Of a stretch of 64,000 nt of DNA, positions 40,931 through 50,242 are shown piece by piece; within the stretch, counting starts at the first letter, position 1; each line of letters opens with the position of its first letter. The stretch is from an uncultured Spirochaetota bacterium (GTDB lineage Bacteria > Spirochaetota > Spirochaetia > SZUA-6 > Fen-1364). The notes beneath the pieces were generated by a model. It ran no database searches. It saw only the letters and a program-made list of their open reading frames with translations, and had not been told where the DNA came from. The stretch spans positions 192,001-256,000 of the forward strand of contig CAWAHW010000005.1 of the NCBI GenBank assembly GCA_963781885.1, in the 5' to 3' direction. Both the position numbers and the translations under genes were made by a program.

Positions 40931-42022
40931 CGAACGCGCCTCGACGGGGCCCGCCGGGCTTGTTCTATCGTCGGCACCGCACCTGGGCATGCGCTCGTCA
41001 TCCGCCCGCATGTCCTGGCTGGTGGCGGCAGGCCTCGTTCCCGCTGCGGCCTGGGGATCTTCATCTTCGGTGCCCCTGCTGCCATCGTCTTGGGAGTTTC
41101 GGTGGGCTCGGCGCTGGCAGCAGAGCTCCTGTCGTCGCTTTTCTTCAAGAGAGTGACGATTGCCGATGGCAGCGCGTTTCTCACCGGTCTCATGATCGGT
41201 CTCTTCATGTCCCCGGCGACGCCGCTTTATGTGCCAGCAGCGGCATCGGTATTTGCGATCCTCGTCGTCAAGCAGAGCTTCGGCGGTCTGGGGCGCAACT
41301 GGATGAACCCGGCGATGGGGGGGGTGCTCTTCTCCCTCCTCTCCTGGCCCGGGTCCACCTCCCATTGGGCCGGAGCGCTCGCCGCGGACAACGCGCTGCC
41401 GCCCCTGGTGGCGCTGCGCGCGGCGCTTCCGTCGTCCACCGGGGGGACGCCGCTTTCCCTGCTTGCGGCGAGCGGCTATCGCTGGAGCGATCTGGACGCG
41501 GGTGTCATCTCCTGGGTCAACACGCACGTGCTTTCGCCTCTGGGCACTGCTCTTCAGCCGGGGACCTTTGACCTGCTGATCGGGCGGGCCCCCGGCCTGA
41601 TCGGTGAGCTTTCCGTGCCTCTCCTCCTGCTCGGCGCCGCTTTCCTGCTGCGGCAGAGGATCATTCGGTGGCGCGTGCCGGTCTTCTTCCTCTCCACGTT
41701 CTTTCTCCTGAGTCTGCTCCTCGGCGGGATCGCTTCCGGCGGGAGCTGGCTTTCCGGCGGCCCAGGGTTCCACCTCTTCTCAGGAAGCGTCGTGCTTGGC
41801 GCTCTCTTCGTGGCGAGCGACCCGGTCACCTCGCCGCTCGCAAAGCGCGGGCAGAGCATCTACGGCGGCTGCCTGGGCGTTCTTGCATTCGTCATGCGGT
41901 TCTTCGGCTCGCTCGGCGATGGCGTCGCGGTCGCGATCGTCCTGGGCAACTGTATCGTGCCGCTCATCGATCGCCTGGTCGAGCACCGGGCCGTTGCCGT
42001 GAGCCGGGAGCGCCGATCATGA
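40923..42022 (+). CDS. rnfD: RnfD-like subunit (apparent indel in the G-run at 41053-41056)
   Basis: SSAPH, DGSAFLTGL, KQSFGGLGRNWMNPA, GLIGELS, ASDPVTSP. Confidence 0.88.
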
Positions 42023-42696
42023 AGTCACCGGGAGCGCGCGACAACCCGTACAACGGGGAGCTTGCCCTGCTTATGAGCCTCACCCCTGCAATTGCCGTGG
42101 CAGTCCGGGTTATCGATGCGTTGTGGTTGGCGGCCGGTGTCGTGGCCGTTCTCTTTCTTTCCTGCGCGTGCATGTCCCTGATCGTGCGGGCAGGGATTCC
42201 CGTCATGCAGAAGGATGCTTCAACCTCGCGCGGCCGCTTTTTCTCCGCGCTCGTCGTGAGCTCGGTGCTCACGGCGTCTTTCGAAATCCTCCTGATGAAG
42301 GCTGACCCGGCGGCGAGCGCAAGTCTCGGCATCTATGCGCCTCTGATCGCCGTGAACTTCCTCGTTCTCGGCATGACGCGCAATGCGGGAACCGCGGCCT
42401 CCCCGGGAGGCGAGCTTGTCGATGCGTTGGCCAAGGGCATCGGTTTCGCGGCGTGCCTGCTTCTTATTGCGATTCTGCGGGAAGTGGTGGGTGCCGGGAC
42501 GATCACGCTTTTCCCTGTCGGCACGTTCAGAGGCGTGATCGCCGTTCCCGGGCTGATCGATGACCCCGCCCGCGCGCTGGGGCTCAGCGGTGGCGGGCTG
42601 ATCTGCCTGGGCTATCTTGCCGCCCTCAGGCGTGTTGCGCAGAAGCGGCGGGCCGCCGCTGTCGCGGTCGGGCCGACGAAGGACGGCGCCGCATGA
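42019..42696 (+). CDS. rnfE: RnfE-like subunit (divergent)
   Basis: DNP, LGIYAPLIAVN, LREVVGAGTI; operon position. Confidence 0.8.
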   Translation: MKSPGARDNPYNGELALLMSLTPAIAVAVRVIDALWLAAGVVAVLFLSCACMSLIVRAGIPVMQKDASTSRGRFFSALVVSSVLTASFEILLMKADPAASASLGIYAPLIAVNFLVLGMTRNAGTAASPGGELVDALAKGIGFAACLLLIAILREVVGAGTITLFPVGTFRGVIAVPGLIDDPARALGLSGGGLICLGYLAALRRVAQKRRAAAVAVGPTKDGAA

Positions 42697-43286
42697 GCTG
42701 GATGGGCATCATCCTCACCTTCGCGCTGGTCGACAACGTGGTGCTCTCCCGGCTCCTCGGGGTTACCTCCGGAGTCTGCATGCCGATCGATATGCGGACG
42801 GCGCGCCTGGTCGGGCTTTTCACCGCGATCCTCATGGCGCTGGCCGGCTTCGCGGGCTGGGCGGCGGACAGCCTCCTCCTGCTTCCGTTTGGTTTCGTTT
42901 TCCTGCGCACGCCCGTTTTCGTGCTGCTCGTCGCCGGGCTCGCCTGCGGCCTGCATGCCCTTGCGCGAAGCGTCGCGCCCCGGCTCCTGGATGCGGCAGG
43001 CGTGTCGTTGCCCGAGATCGCCGTCAACTGCGCGACGATCGGCGTCGTCCTGATCAGCACGCGGGTGGGCTTCAGCGCGGCGCAGAGCGTCGTGGTCGGA
43101 CTCTCCGCGGGCCTGGGCTACTTCATCGTGACGGCGCTGATGACGGCGATCCGGGAGCGGCTTGAGGTCGAGCAGACGCCGGAAGCGCTGCGGGGCTTTC
43201 CCCTCCACCTGATCTCCGCGGGGTTGCTCGCCTTTGCGTTCATGGCATTCGATCGCGCGTTCCTCTTGCGTCTCCTGGGCGGCTGA
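42693..43286 (+). CDS. rnfA: RnfA-like subunit
   Basis: DNVVLSRLLG, LPEIAVNCA, IRERL...RGFPLHLISAGL. Confidence 0.85.
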   Translation: MSWMGIILTFALVDNVVLSRLLGVTSGVCMPIDMRTARLVGLFTAILMALAGFAGWAADSLLLLPFGFVFLRTPVFVLLVAGLACGLHALARSVAPRLLDAAGVSLPEIAVNCATIGVVLISTRVGFSAAQSVVVGLSAGLGYFIVTALMTAIRERLEVEQTPEALRGFPLHLISAGLLAFAFMAFDRAFLLRLLGG

Positions 43287-43296
43287 AGGAGTGTGA

Positions 43297-45318
43297 ATGG
43301 GGCGGACGGGAATCATCGTCGGCACGCACAACCATCTTCCCCTGGGACGCAGCGAGGCGTCCGCCGAGCGGCTCTACCAGGAGGCCCTGAAGCCGCTCCT
43401 CGCCGTGCTCTACCGCTGCCCGGCGTTTCCCATGACGCTCCACTACAGCGGGATCCTGATGGAATGGCTGGAAGAGGCGCATCCCGAGTTCCTTGCGCTC
43501 CTGGGTGAAATGGTGGGCCGCGGCCAGATCGAGGTACTTGGCGGCGGCTACTACGACCCGATCCTGCCGATGCTCCCGATGAACGACAAGCTCGGACAGC
43601 TGGAGAAGATGACCACGTGGCTGCGCGTGCACTTCGAGACGCGGCCCCGCGGGTGCTGGATCGCGGAGAAGGTATGGGAGCCGGCGCTCGCGTCCGTGCT
43701 CCGCGCGAGCGGCATCGACTACACGTTCGTCGACGACGGGCAGTTTGCCCTGGCAGGAGCCGCGGAGGGATCCCTGTGGGAGCCGGCGATCATGGAGGAC
43801 CAGGGGAAGATCATCTCGCTCCTCCCCGTCGCGGACAGGCTGTCGCGGCTTGCCACCACCTCGTCGCCCGGGGAGGTCATCGAGCGCCTGCGGCACCTGC
43901 CCTCGACGTCGGGGAAACCCGGCGGTGGGGGGCATCCCCTTGCCGTCATCATGGACGACGGCGCGACGGCGGTTTCGACCTTGCTGCGCGACGGCTGGCT
44001 GGAGGAGCTCGTCCGCTGCGTCGCGGAGAACGCCGACTGGCTGGAACCGGTGACGGCGGGGCAATACCTCAAGGATCATCCGCCGACGCATCGTCTCTAC
44101 GTTCCCGCGAGCGCTTCGGCGAGCATCATGAGCTGGAGCCTCGCTCCCGGCCGGAGGGAGGCGTACGAGCGTCTGCGCGGCCAGGCGGACGCCGGGGAGG
44201 AGCAGTTCCTCGTCGGCGGGAATTTCCGCAACTTCCTGGAGCGCTACCCCGAGGCATGGCTCCTCTACGCGAAGATGATGAACACGCACGTCATGGTGAG
44301 CCAGGTGCGGGGCGACAAGTACAAGAAGAAGGCCGCGCAGAACGAGCTGTGGAAGGGGCAGTGCCACTACGCGTACTGGCACGGTGTGACCGGCGGCATC
44401 TATGAGAACGAATTGCGCAAGGCGACGTATAGGTCCCTCATCGAGGCGGAAAAGATCACGCGCGCCACGGAGATATTCGCTCCGTCGATCATCGGCGTCG
44501 ATTTCGACATGGACGGCAGCATCGAATACCTCTACCAGGGCTCGGAGCTGAACGCGTACATCCACACCGAGGGTGGGGCGCTTTTCGAGCTGGACTTTCT
44601 CCCCGCCTCCTGGAATTACCTGGACACAATGGTCGATCGTGATCCCCTGCCCGGGAACGGTGCGGAGGAAAACGCCGGATCGTCCGCGCCCTATACGCGC
44701 AAGGCTTTCATCGACCATTTCTGCACATCGGACTGCTCGATCGCGGACTTCGAGGCGGGTCGCCACCGCGAGGCGGGGGACTTCACGCGCGGGCTGTACG
44801 ACCTCGTGGAGCTCAACCGCGCGCTTCCCGAGCTCCTGATGCGCCGTGACGGCTCCGTGCTCGTCGACGGCGTGCCGCGGCCCGTCCGCATCGAGAAGCG
44901 CTTCGTGTTCCGTCCCCGGTCGATCGACGTGTACTACCGCGTCACGAATCTTGCCGAGAGCGACCTGGCGACGACATTCGGCGTGGAGATCAATCTCTCC
45001 CTTGCCGCGCGCGGGCCCGAGCATGGAAGGCTTTTCCAGATCGAGGAGAACAGGAAGATGGAGTTCGGCTCCGATGCCTCGGAGATCGACGGCGTGGGCG
45101 CCCTGCTCGTGCGGGACGTGCGCAACGAGGTCTCCGTCACGCTCTCATCGGCAAAATCCTTCCGCTCGTGGAGCGTGCCCGTGCAGACCGCGTCGCGCGC
45201 GGGCCAGAGCGAGTTCCAGTCGCACTGCTTCGTGCCGCTCTGGGCGCTGGCGCTCCACGCGGGGGAGTCCTGGGAGAACCACATGTCCGTGGGCTTCGAG
45301 AAATCCCAGAGCGCCTAG
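43297..45318 (+). CDS. Glycoside hydrolase family 57 (4-alpha-glucanotransferase-like, with C-terminal DUF1926-type domain)
   Basis: HNHLP, LHYSG, GGGYYDPIL, WIAEKVWEP, FRNFLERYPE, GQCHYAYWHG. Confidence 0.85.
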   Translation: MGRTGIIVGTHNHLPLGRSEASAERLYQEALKPLLAVLYRCPAFPMTLHYSGILMEWLEEAHPEFLALLGEMVGRGQIEVLGGGYYDPILPMLPMNDKLGQLEKMTTWLRVHFETRPRGCWIAEKVWEPALASVLRASGIDYTFVDDGQFALAGAAEGSLWEPAIMEDQGKIISLLPVADRLSRLATTSSPGEVIERLRHLPSTSGKPGGGGHPLAVIMDDGATAVSTLLRDGWLEELVRCVAENADWLEPVTAGQYLKDHPPTHRLYVPASASASIMSWSLAPGRREAYERLRGQADAGEEQFLVGGNFRNFLERYPEAWLLYAKMMNTHVMVSQVRGDKYKKKAAQNELWKGQCHYAYWHGVTGGIYENELRKATYRSLIEAEKITRATEIFAPSIIGVDFDMDGSIEYLYQGSELNAYIHTEGGALFELDFLPASWNYLDTMVDRDPLPGNGAEENAGSSAPYTRKAFIDHFCTSDCSIADFEAGRHREAGDFTRGLYDLVELNRALPELLMRRDGSVLVDGVPRPVRIEKRFVFRPRSIDVYYRVTNLAESDLATTFGVEINLSLAARGPEHGRLFQIEENRKMEFGSDASEIDGVGALLVRDVRNEVSVTLSSAKSFRSWSVPVQTASRAGQSEFQSHCFVPLWALALHAGESWENHMSVGFEKSQSA

Positions 45319-46625
45319 AGGTCGATCCTCTCCAGCTTCTGGAAACAGGCGTCGATCCACGCCGCGCTTTCCTGGTAGAAGGAGTCCTGCGCGGAGAGGA
45401 ACTCCAGGAGGGCATCGCGATCGCGCCCCTCGATGAAGTAGACCTGACCGAGATAGAATCGCGCGCGGGCCTCGACATCCGGGGAACGCGGCAGGCTCAG
45501 GAAATCGTCGAGCTTTTTCTGCGCGCCCGGCATGTCGCCGCCGAGGAAGGGACCCTGCACGATCTCCTGGAGACGCGCAATCTCCCCGTTCGGGCTCGGT
45601 GTCAGATCGGAGCGCAGCACCTGCGGCGCGGGTTGGAACGCCGCGGCCGGCGGGAGTTGCGACAGGAGCCGGCCGATCGCTCTTTCGGTGTCCGGCGCAA
45701 CCTTCCGTTCGGCGGGCAGGTCGGGGACGTCCGCGGCGGGCAGGGCGGCTCCGGATTCCACCCCGAAGCTCAAGGCGAGGGAAGGAAGCGGGAGGGCTCG
45801 ACGCTCGGCAACCGGCGCCCGCAGGGAGATGTTCCCCGATCCGACGGGAAGCTGGACCGGCTGCGCGGTGACATTGTCGCCTTTGACGAGCGGAGTCTGG
45901 CCGATCTTGTACAAGCCGCTATCGAGCACGGCGAACCAGTAATCCACCCCGGGGAGCGCGGCAAGAACATAGCGCGTTGTACCGGCCTTCAAGGCCGCCG
46001 TGGAGGTGGTCTTCAGGAGGTCTTCGGGAACCGTGAGGGGCGCGGTGCCCCAGAAGAGGAGAAGGTCGCGGCCGGGATTCGACGTTGAAAATGAAACGGC
46101 GATTCCGTCCCCACCGGTCGTGGGGGCTGCCCGGATGCCCGTGATTGCCGCCGCCAGCTTCTCCTCGGGAGCGGAGGAAGTCGGTGCAATGGGAGCGCTC
46201 GTCTTGTTGCGGAACGGGATGATGAGCGGATAGACCGTGCCGTCGGAATCCTCGAACAGCACGGCGTAGAAGTACCCGTTCCTGTCGGGAGGCGTATCGA
46301 TGTAATACTGCGTTCCCGACGCGGCCTTGCCCACGAGCTGCGCCGTCCCGATGTTTTGCGTCGTGATCTCCACGGACGAGCGGTAGACAAGGCATGTGCC
46401 CTTGGCCCCTGGCGGGTCGACCCACGAAAGCTTCACCTGGTAGTCCACCGGCTCGGCGCTCAGCCGGGAGACGAACAGGGTGCTGGTCGCATCCCCCGCG
46501 GGAGCGGACGCCTGCTGGGCCCCAAGGGGCGCGCCCAGGAGCAGCGCGATGCACAGCAGCGCGAAGCGGCGCCGCGCCGCCGGGCGGTCGAGCGATGCAC
46601 ATGCAAGGTCCGGGCGCTTCGGCAT
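45315..46625 (-). CDS. Secreted hypothetical protein with beta-rich N-terminal domains and a C-terminal TPR
   Basis: Signal peptide, RBS GGAG, ARFYLGQVYF TPR-like helix. Confidence 0.75.
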   Translation of the reverse strand: MPKRPDLACASLDRPAARRRFALLCIALLLGAPLGAQQASAPAGDATSTLFVSRLSAEPVDYQVKLSWVDPPGAKGTCLVYRSSVEITTQNIGTAQLVGKAASGTQYYIDTPPDRNGYFYAVLFEDSDGTVYPLIIPFRNKTSAPIAPTSSAPEEKLAAAITGIRAAPTTGGDGIAVSFSTSNPGRDLLLFWGTAPLTVPEDLLKTTSTAALKAGTTRYVLAALPGVDYWFAVLDSGLYKIGQTPLVKGDNVTAQPVQLPVGSGNISLRAPVAERRALPLPSLALSFGVESGAALPAADVPDLPAERKVAPDTERAIGRLLSQLPPAAAFQPAPQVLRSDLTPSPNGEIARLQEIVQGPFLGGDMPGAQKKLDDFLSLPRSPDVEARARFYLGQVYFIEGRDRDALLEFLSAQDSFYQESAAWIDACFQKLERIDL

Positions 46626-46677
46626 TCGATTCTCCTTCCCTCCATTGTTGTCGGCTTTTCAGGGTGTTGTCCATAGC

Positions 46678-46890
46678 CATGGATGGCGAGGGCCGACGAG
46701 TCCAGGGACGGACGAGAGGAGGCCCATAGCCATGGATGGCGAGGGCCGACGAGTCCAGGGACGGACGAGAGGAGGCCCATAGCGTAGCGCGGTACGCCGC
46801 GCGAAGGGCGGCAGCCCCGCTTGCGCGGCGAGAGCCGCATGGATGGCGAGGGCCGACGAGTCCAGGGACGGACGAGAGGAGGCCCATAGC
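46678..46890 (+). repeat. Three identical 53-bp repeats (46678-46730, 46731-46783, 46838-46890) containing ANGGAN-loop hairpins
   Basis: CATGGATGGCGAGGGCCGACGAGTCCAGGGACGGACGAGAGGAGGCCCATAGC occurs three times; copies 2 and 3 also share a 3' extension GTAGCGCGGTAC[G/A]CCGCGCG. Confidence 0.95.
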
Positions 46891-46967
46891 GTAGCGCGGT
46901 ACACCGCGCGTGAGGCGCTCTCCGCTTTACAGGCCTGTGCCGCGCCATTGCCGTACTATTGGCCATC

Positions 46968-47240
46968 ATGTTTGTCGCCGTGGCCTGCGATTTTGCAAAT
47001 GACGATCACCGCAAGGCAGGCTATGACCTGATGGTGCAATATGGTTTCCGCAAGGTCCTGAAGGACGCTTTCGAGAGCGCGACACTCTCCGAGACGGCGC
47101 TCAACCGTCTCAAGAAGGACCTTGACCGGATCGCCGATTCGGACGACAGCATCCGCCTCTACCAGTTTCCCGTCGATGGCACACTCGCCATCACGATATT
47201 GAAGGACAAGAAGTGGCGGCGGCTGATCGTGAAGGCGTAG
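46968..47240 (+). CDS. cas2: Orphan Cas2-like small protein (90 aa)
   Basis: MFVAVACDF (Asp at end of strand 1), YGFRKVLKDAFE, DDSIRLY follow the Cas2 ferredoxin-fold pattern and size. Confidence 0.7.
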   Translation: MFVAVACDFANDDHRKAGYDLMVQYGFRKVLKDAFESATLSETALNRLKKDLDRIADSDDSIRLYQFPVDGTLAITILKDKKWRRLIVKA

Positions 47241-47255
47241 AAGGCGGGAGGGGAT

Positions 47256-48387
47256 ATGGTGCTCAGCGAGCTGGAACAGAAACTGCAGGCCCTCGGGGCG
47301 CAGATCGAAGAAACCTGGAGGGGTCTTTGACCCTGCGGCGCTCGAGCGGGAGATCGGCGAGATCGAGAACAAGACAGCGCAGCCCGATTTCTGGCAGGAC
47401 AAGGAAAAGGCCGGCGAGGTTCTGTCGCGTCTGAAGGCGCTGAAGCGCCGCTACGACCCGTGGGCGAAGCTTCGTACGGATTTCGACGACCTTTCCGGGA
47501 TCTGGCGCCTGGCCGTCGAGGAAAAGGACGAGTCGCTGGAAGCGGACCTGCGCGCGTCGTGGGAGGGGCTTTCAAGGCGCTACGGCGAGCTCAAGGTGCT
47601 GGAGCTGCTCGGCGGCGAAAACGATCCCTCCTCGGCGTTCCTCACCATCCACTCGGGAGCGGGCGGCACGGAGGCGTGCGACTGGGTGAGCATGCTCTAT
47701 CGCCTCTATACGCGCTGGTCGGAACGGCACGGGTACACGGTGGAAATACTGGACATCCTGGAGGCGGAAGGCGGCATCAAGAGCGTGACCGCGCAGGTGA
47801 ACGGGGCCTACGCCTATGGGTACCTCAAGGCGGAGACCGGCATCCATCGGCTCGTGCGCATCTCGCCGTTCGATTCCAATGCGCGGCGCCACACTTCCTT
47901 CGCTTCCGTCTTCTGCTTCCCGGTGCTGGACGACACGATCGACGTCGACATCAAGCCTGAAGACATCCGCATCGACACCTATCGCGCCGGCGGGGCCGGC
48001 GGTCAGCACGTCAACAAGACGGACTCGGCCGTGCGCATCACCCACCTGCCGACGGGCATCGTCGTGCAGTGCCAGAACGAGCGCAGCCAGTACAAAAACA
48101 AGGCCTTCGCGATGAAGGTCCTCCGCTCGCGTCTGTACGAATACTACAAGAACGAGCGCGACAAGGACCGGGAGAAGATTGAGCAGGAGAAGAAGGACAT
48201 CTCCTGGGGCAACCAGATCCGCTCCTACACCTTCCAGCCGTACACGCTCGTGAAGGATCACCGCACGAAGTTCGAGGCGGGCAACATCCAGGCGGTGATG
48301 GACGGCGAGATCGACTCCTTCATCGAGGAATATCTCAAGATGCTTTGGCGGGGAAAGAACGATGGCGGTCAACGTTCTGATAGTTGA
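47256..48387 (+). CDS. prfB: Peptide chain release factor 2 with programmed +1 frameshift
   Basis: GGAGGGGT CTT TGA C slip site at 47325-47331; SPF and GGQ motifs; downstream frame open from 47329. Confidence 0.97.
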
Positions 48388-48730
48388 CGACCTCGCCTTC
48401 ATCAAGATCGTCCTGCGCGACATCATCGAGAAGTCGGGTTTCCGTGTCGTCGGCGAGGCGTCCAATGGCGAGCAGGCCATCGCGATGTACCAGGACACCC
48501 GGCCCGACGTCGTGCTCATGGATATCACCATGCCTGGCATGGACGGCCTCACCGCCCTGGAGAAGATCCGTGCGATCGACCCCGCCGCGCGGGTGATCAT
48601 CTGCTCCGCCCTCGGTCAGCAGCGTCTCATCGTGCAGGCGATACAGCTCGGGGCAAAGGATTTCATCGTGAAGCCCTTTCAACCCGCCCGGGTCGTGGGC
48701 GCGCTCAAGAAAGCGCTCGACATCACGTGA
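48362..48730 (+). CDS. cheY: Single-domain response regulator, CheY-like
   Basis: IVDD, MDITMPGMDG, CSALGQQ, FIVKPF. Confidence 0.9.
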   Translation: MAVNVLIVDDLAFIKIVLRDIIEKSGFRVVGEASNGEQAIAMYQDTRPDVVLMDITMPGMDGLTALEKIRAIDPAARVIICSALGQQRLIVQAIQLGAKDFIVKPFQPARVVGALKKALDIT

Positions 48731-50233
48731 TGAGAAAGGCGGCCGCGCTTCTCCTCCTTGCCCTCTCCGTCGTTCCCGCCTTCCCGCAGACGACGGGGCA
48801 GACCGCGAGCACGCAGCCGGCGACGGGCGACACCAGCAAGAGCAGCACGCAAGGGGCACCGGCCGGCGCGACGCAGAATGCGCCGGCGGCACCGACCGGG
48901 CCGGACCTCAGCATTCCGAAGGACGGCGACGCGTCGTGGACGATCGGCTTCAGCGCATTCTCCGCCGAGGGCCTGTCCACGGAAAATGAGTATCTCGCCT
49001 ACAGTCTTCCCCTCCTCCTGATGGACGCCGCGAGCGGTCTCACGACGCACACGCTTTCCGACGAGGAAAAGGGGCTCGTCGCGCGCGCCGTCATCGACCG
49101 GGAGCTCGCCACCGCCGATGCCGCCATCACCAGCGCGCGCCACGACCGCAGCGCATTGGTCTTCGGCGATGCGCCCCCCACGGACGCTGCCCGCGCGGCG
49201 GCTGACGCGAAAATCACCTTCGCCGAGGCGCGGCGCACGTTTCTCGAGGCGCTCGATCTTTCCAAGATTGCGGTCGCCGATACGAAACCGATCGCCGTCA
49301 AGAAAGGAACGGGCGCGGGCATGCTCCTGGACACGCCCCTCGTGCCGCCCGCCGTCTACTGCGCGCGCCAGGGCATCGCCATGCTGGTCGGGGGATCCAT
49401 ACGCGAGGGGCAGGGTTATCTCCTCCTTGATGTCTGGGCCTTCGACGCGGCGCGCGGCAAGACGGTCTTCACGTCGCGCAACGCGGCGCAGCGGGACGAG
49501 CTGTATACGTCGGTTGCATCGATGGGAAGGGACCTCGCGGCGGACATCCTCGGCACGCCGTGGGCGCTCGTGGTCTTTTCCCCGAGCCCGCAGCAGGCGA
49601 GCCTCTCCGTCGATGGGAAGCTGGCGGTCACCGGAGGCTCGCCGGCTCTGTACCTGTCTCCGGGGCCTCACGAGCTTCGCATCGCAGCGCCCGGTTACGA
49701 CGAGGTCGTCCGTTCGGTCACGCTGGAGCAGGGGACCGAGACGCGGATTGATGATGCGCTCGTGCGCTCCTCCCCGGGAGCCGTCACCGTCTCGACGGAC
49801 CCTGAAGGGGCCGATCTCTACCTCGACTCGGTTCTGGAAAGGAAAGACACCCGTATCGGTCGACGTTCCGTCTCTCCGGACACGGGGGCTGCTGTCGTTG
49901 GACGGCTACTATGACAAGTCCTTTTCGTTTTCGACGGGTCCTGCCACCGCATATTCCTTTTCCCTGGAGAAGGACATTGGGTCCCGGGATGTCCAGCAAA
50001 AACAGGCGCGTGACGAGTTCTACAACTCGTTCGGATGGTTCGCTCTCTCCATTCCGATTCCCCTGTTCTCGATCGCCCTGGAGAACAATTATGCAAACGT
50101 TGGGCTCGCCACGCCGACGTACATACTCACCGGCACCTATTACGCGGGCGTCGCGTTGAGCGCGGCGCTTTTCACCTGGATGGTGTTCCGCATCATTCAC
50201 TACGTCACCGTGTCCAACGGGACAGCGGGCTGA
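48730..50233 (+). CDS. PEGA-domain protein (apparent +1 indel at ~49833)
   Basis: Signal peptide; PEGA repeats (SPQQASLSVDG...PGPHELRIAAPGY, TDPEGADLYLD); C-terminal TMs in the shifted frame. Confidence 0.78.
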
Positions 50234-50242
50234 GGGGGGAGA

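Noticed and set aside
46678-46890. CRISPR array next to cas2
   Set aside because: Repeats are 53 bp, copies 1 and 2 abut with no spacer, the single 54-bp gap shares its first ~20 nt with the sequence after copy 3, and no cas1 is present
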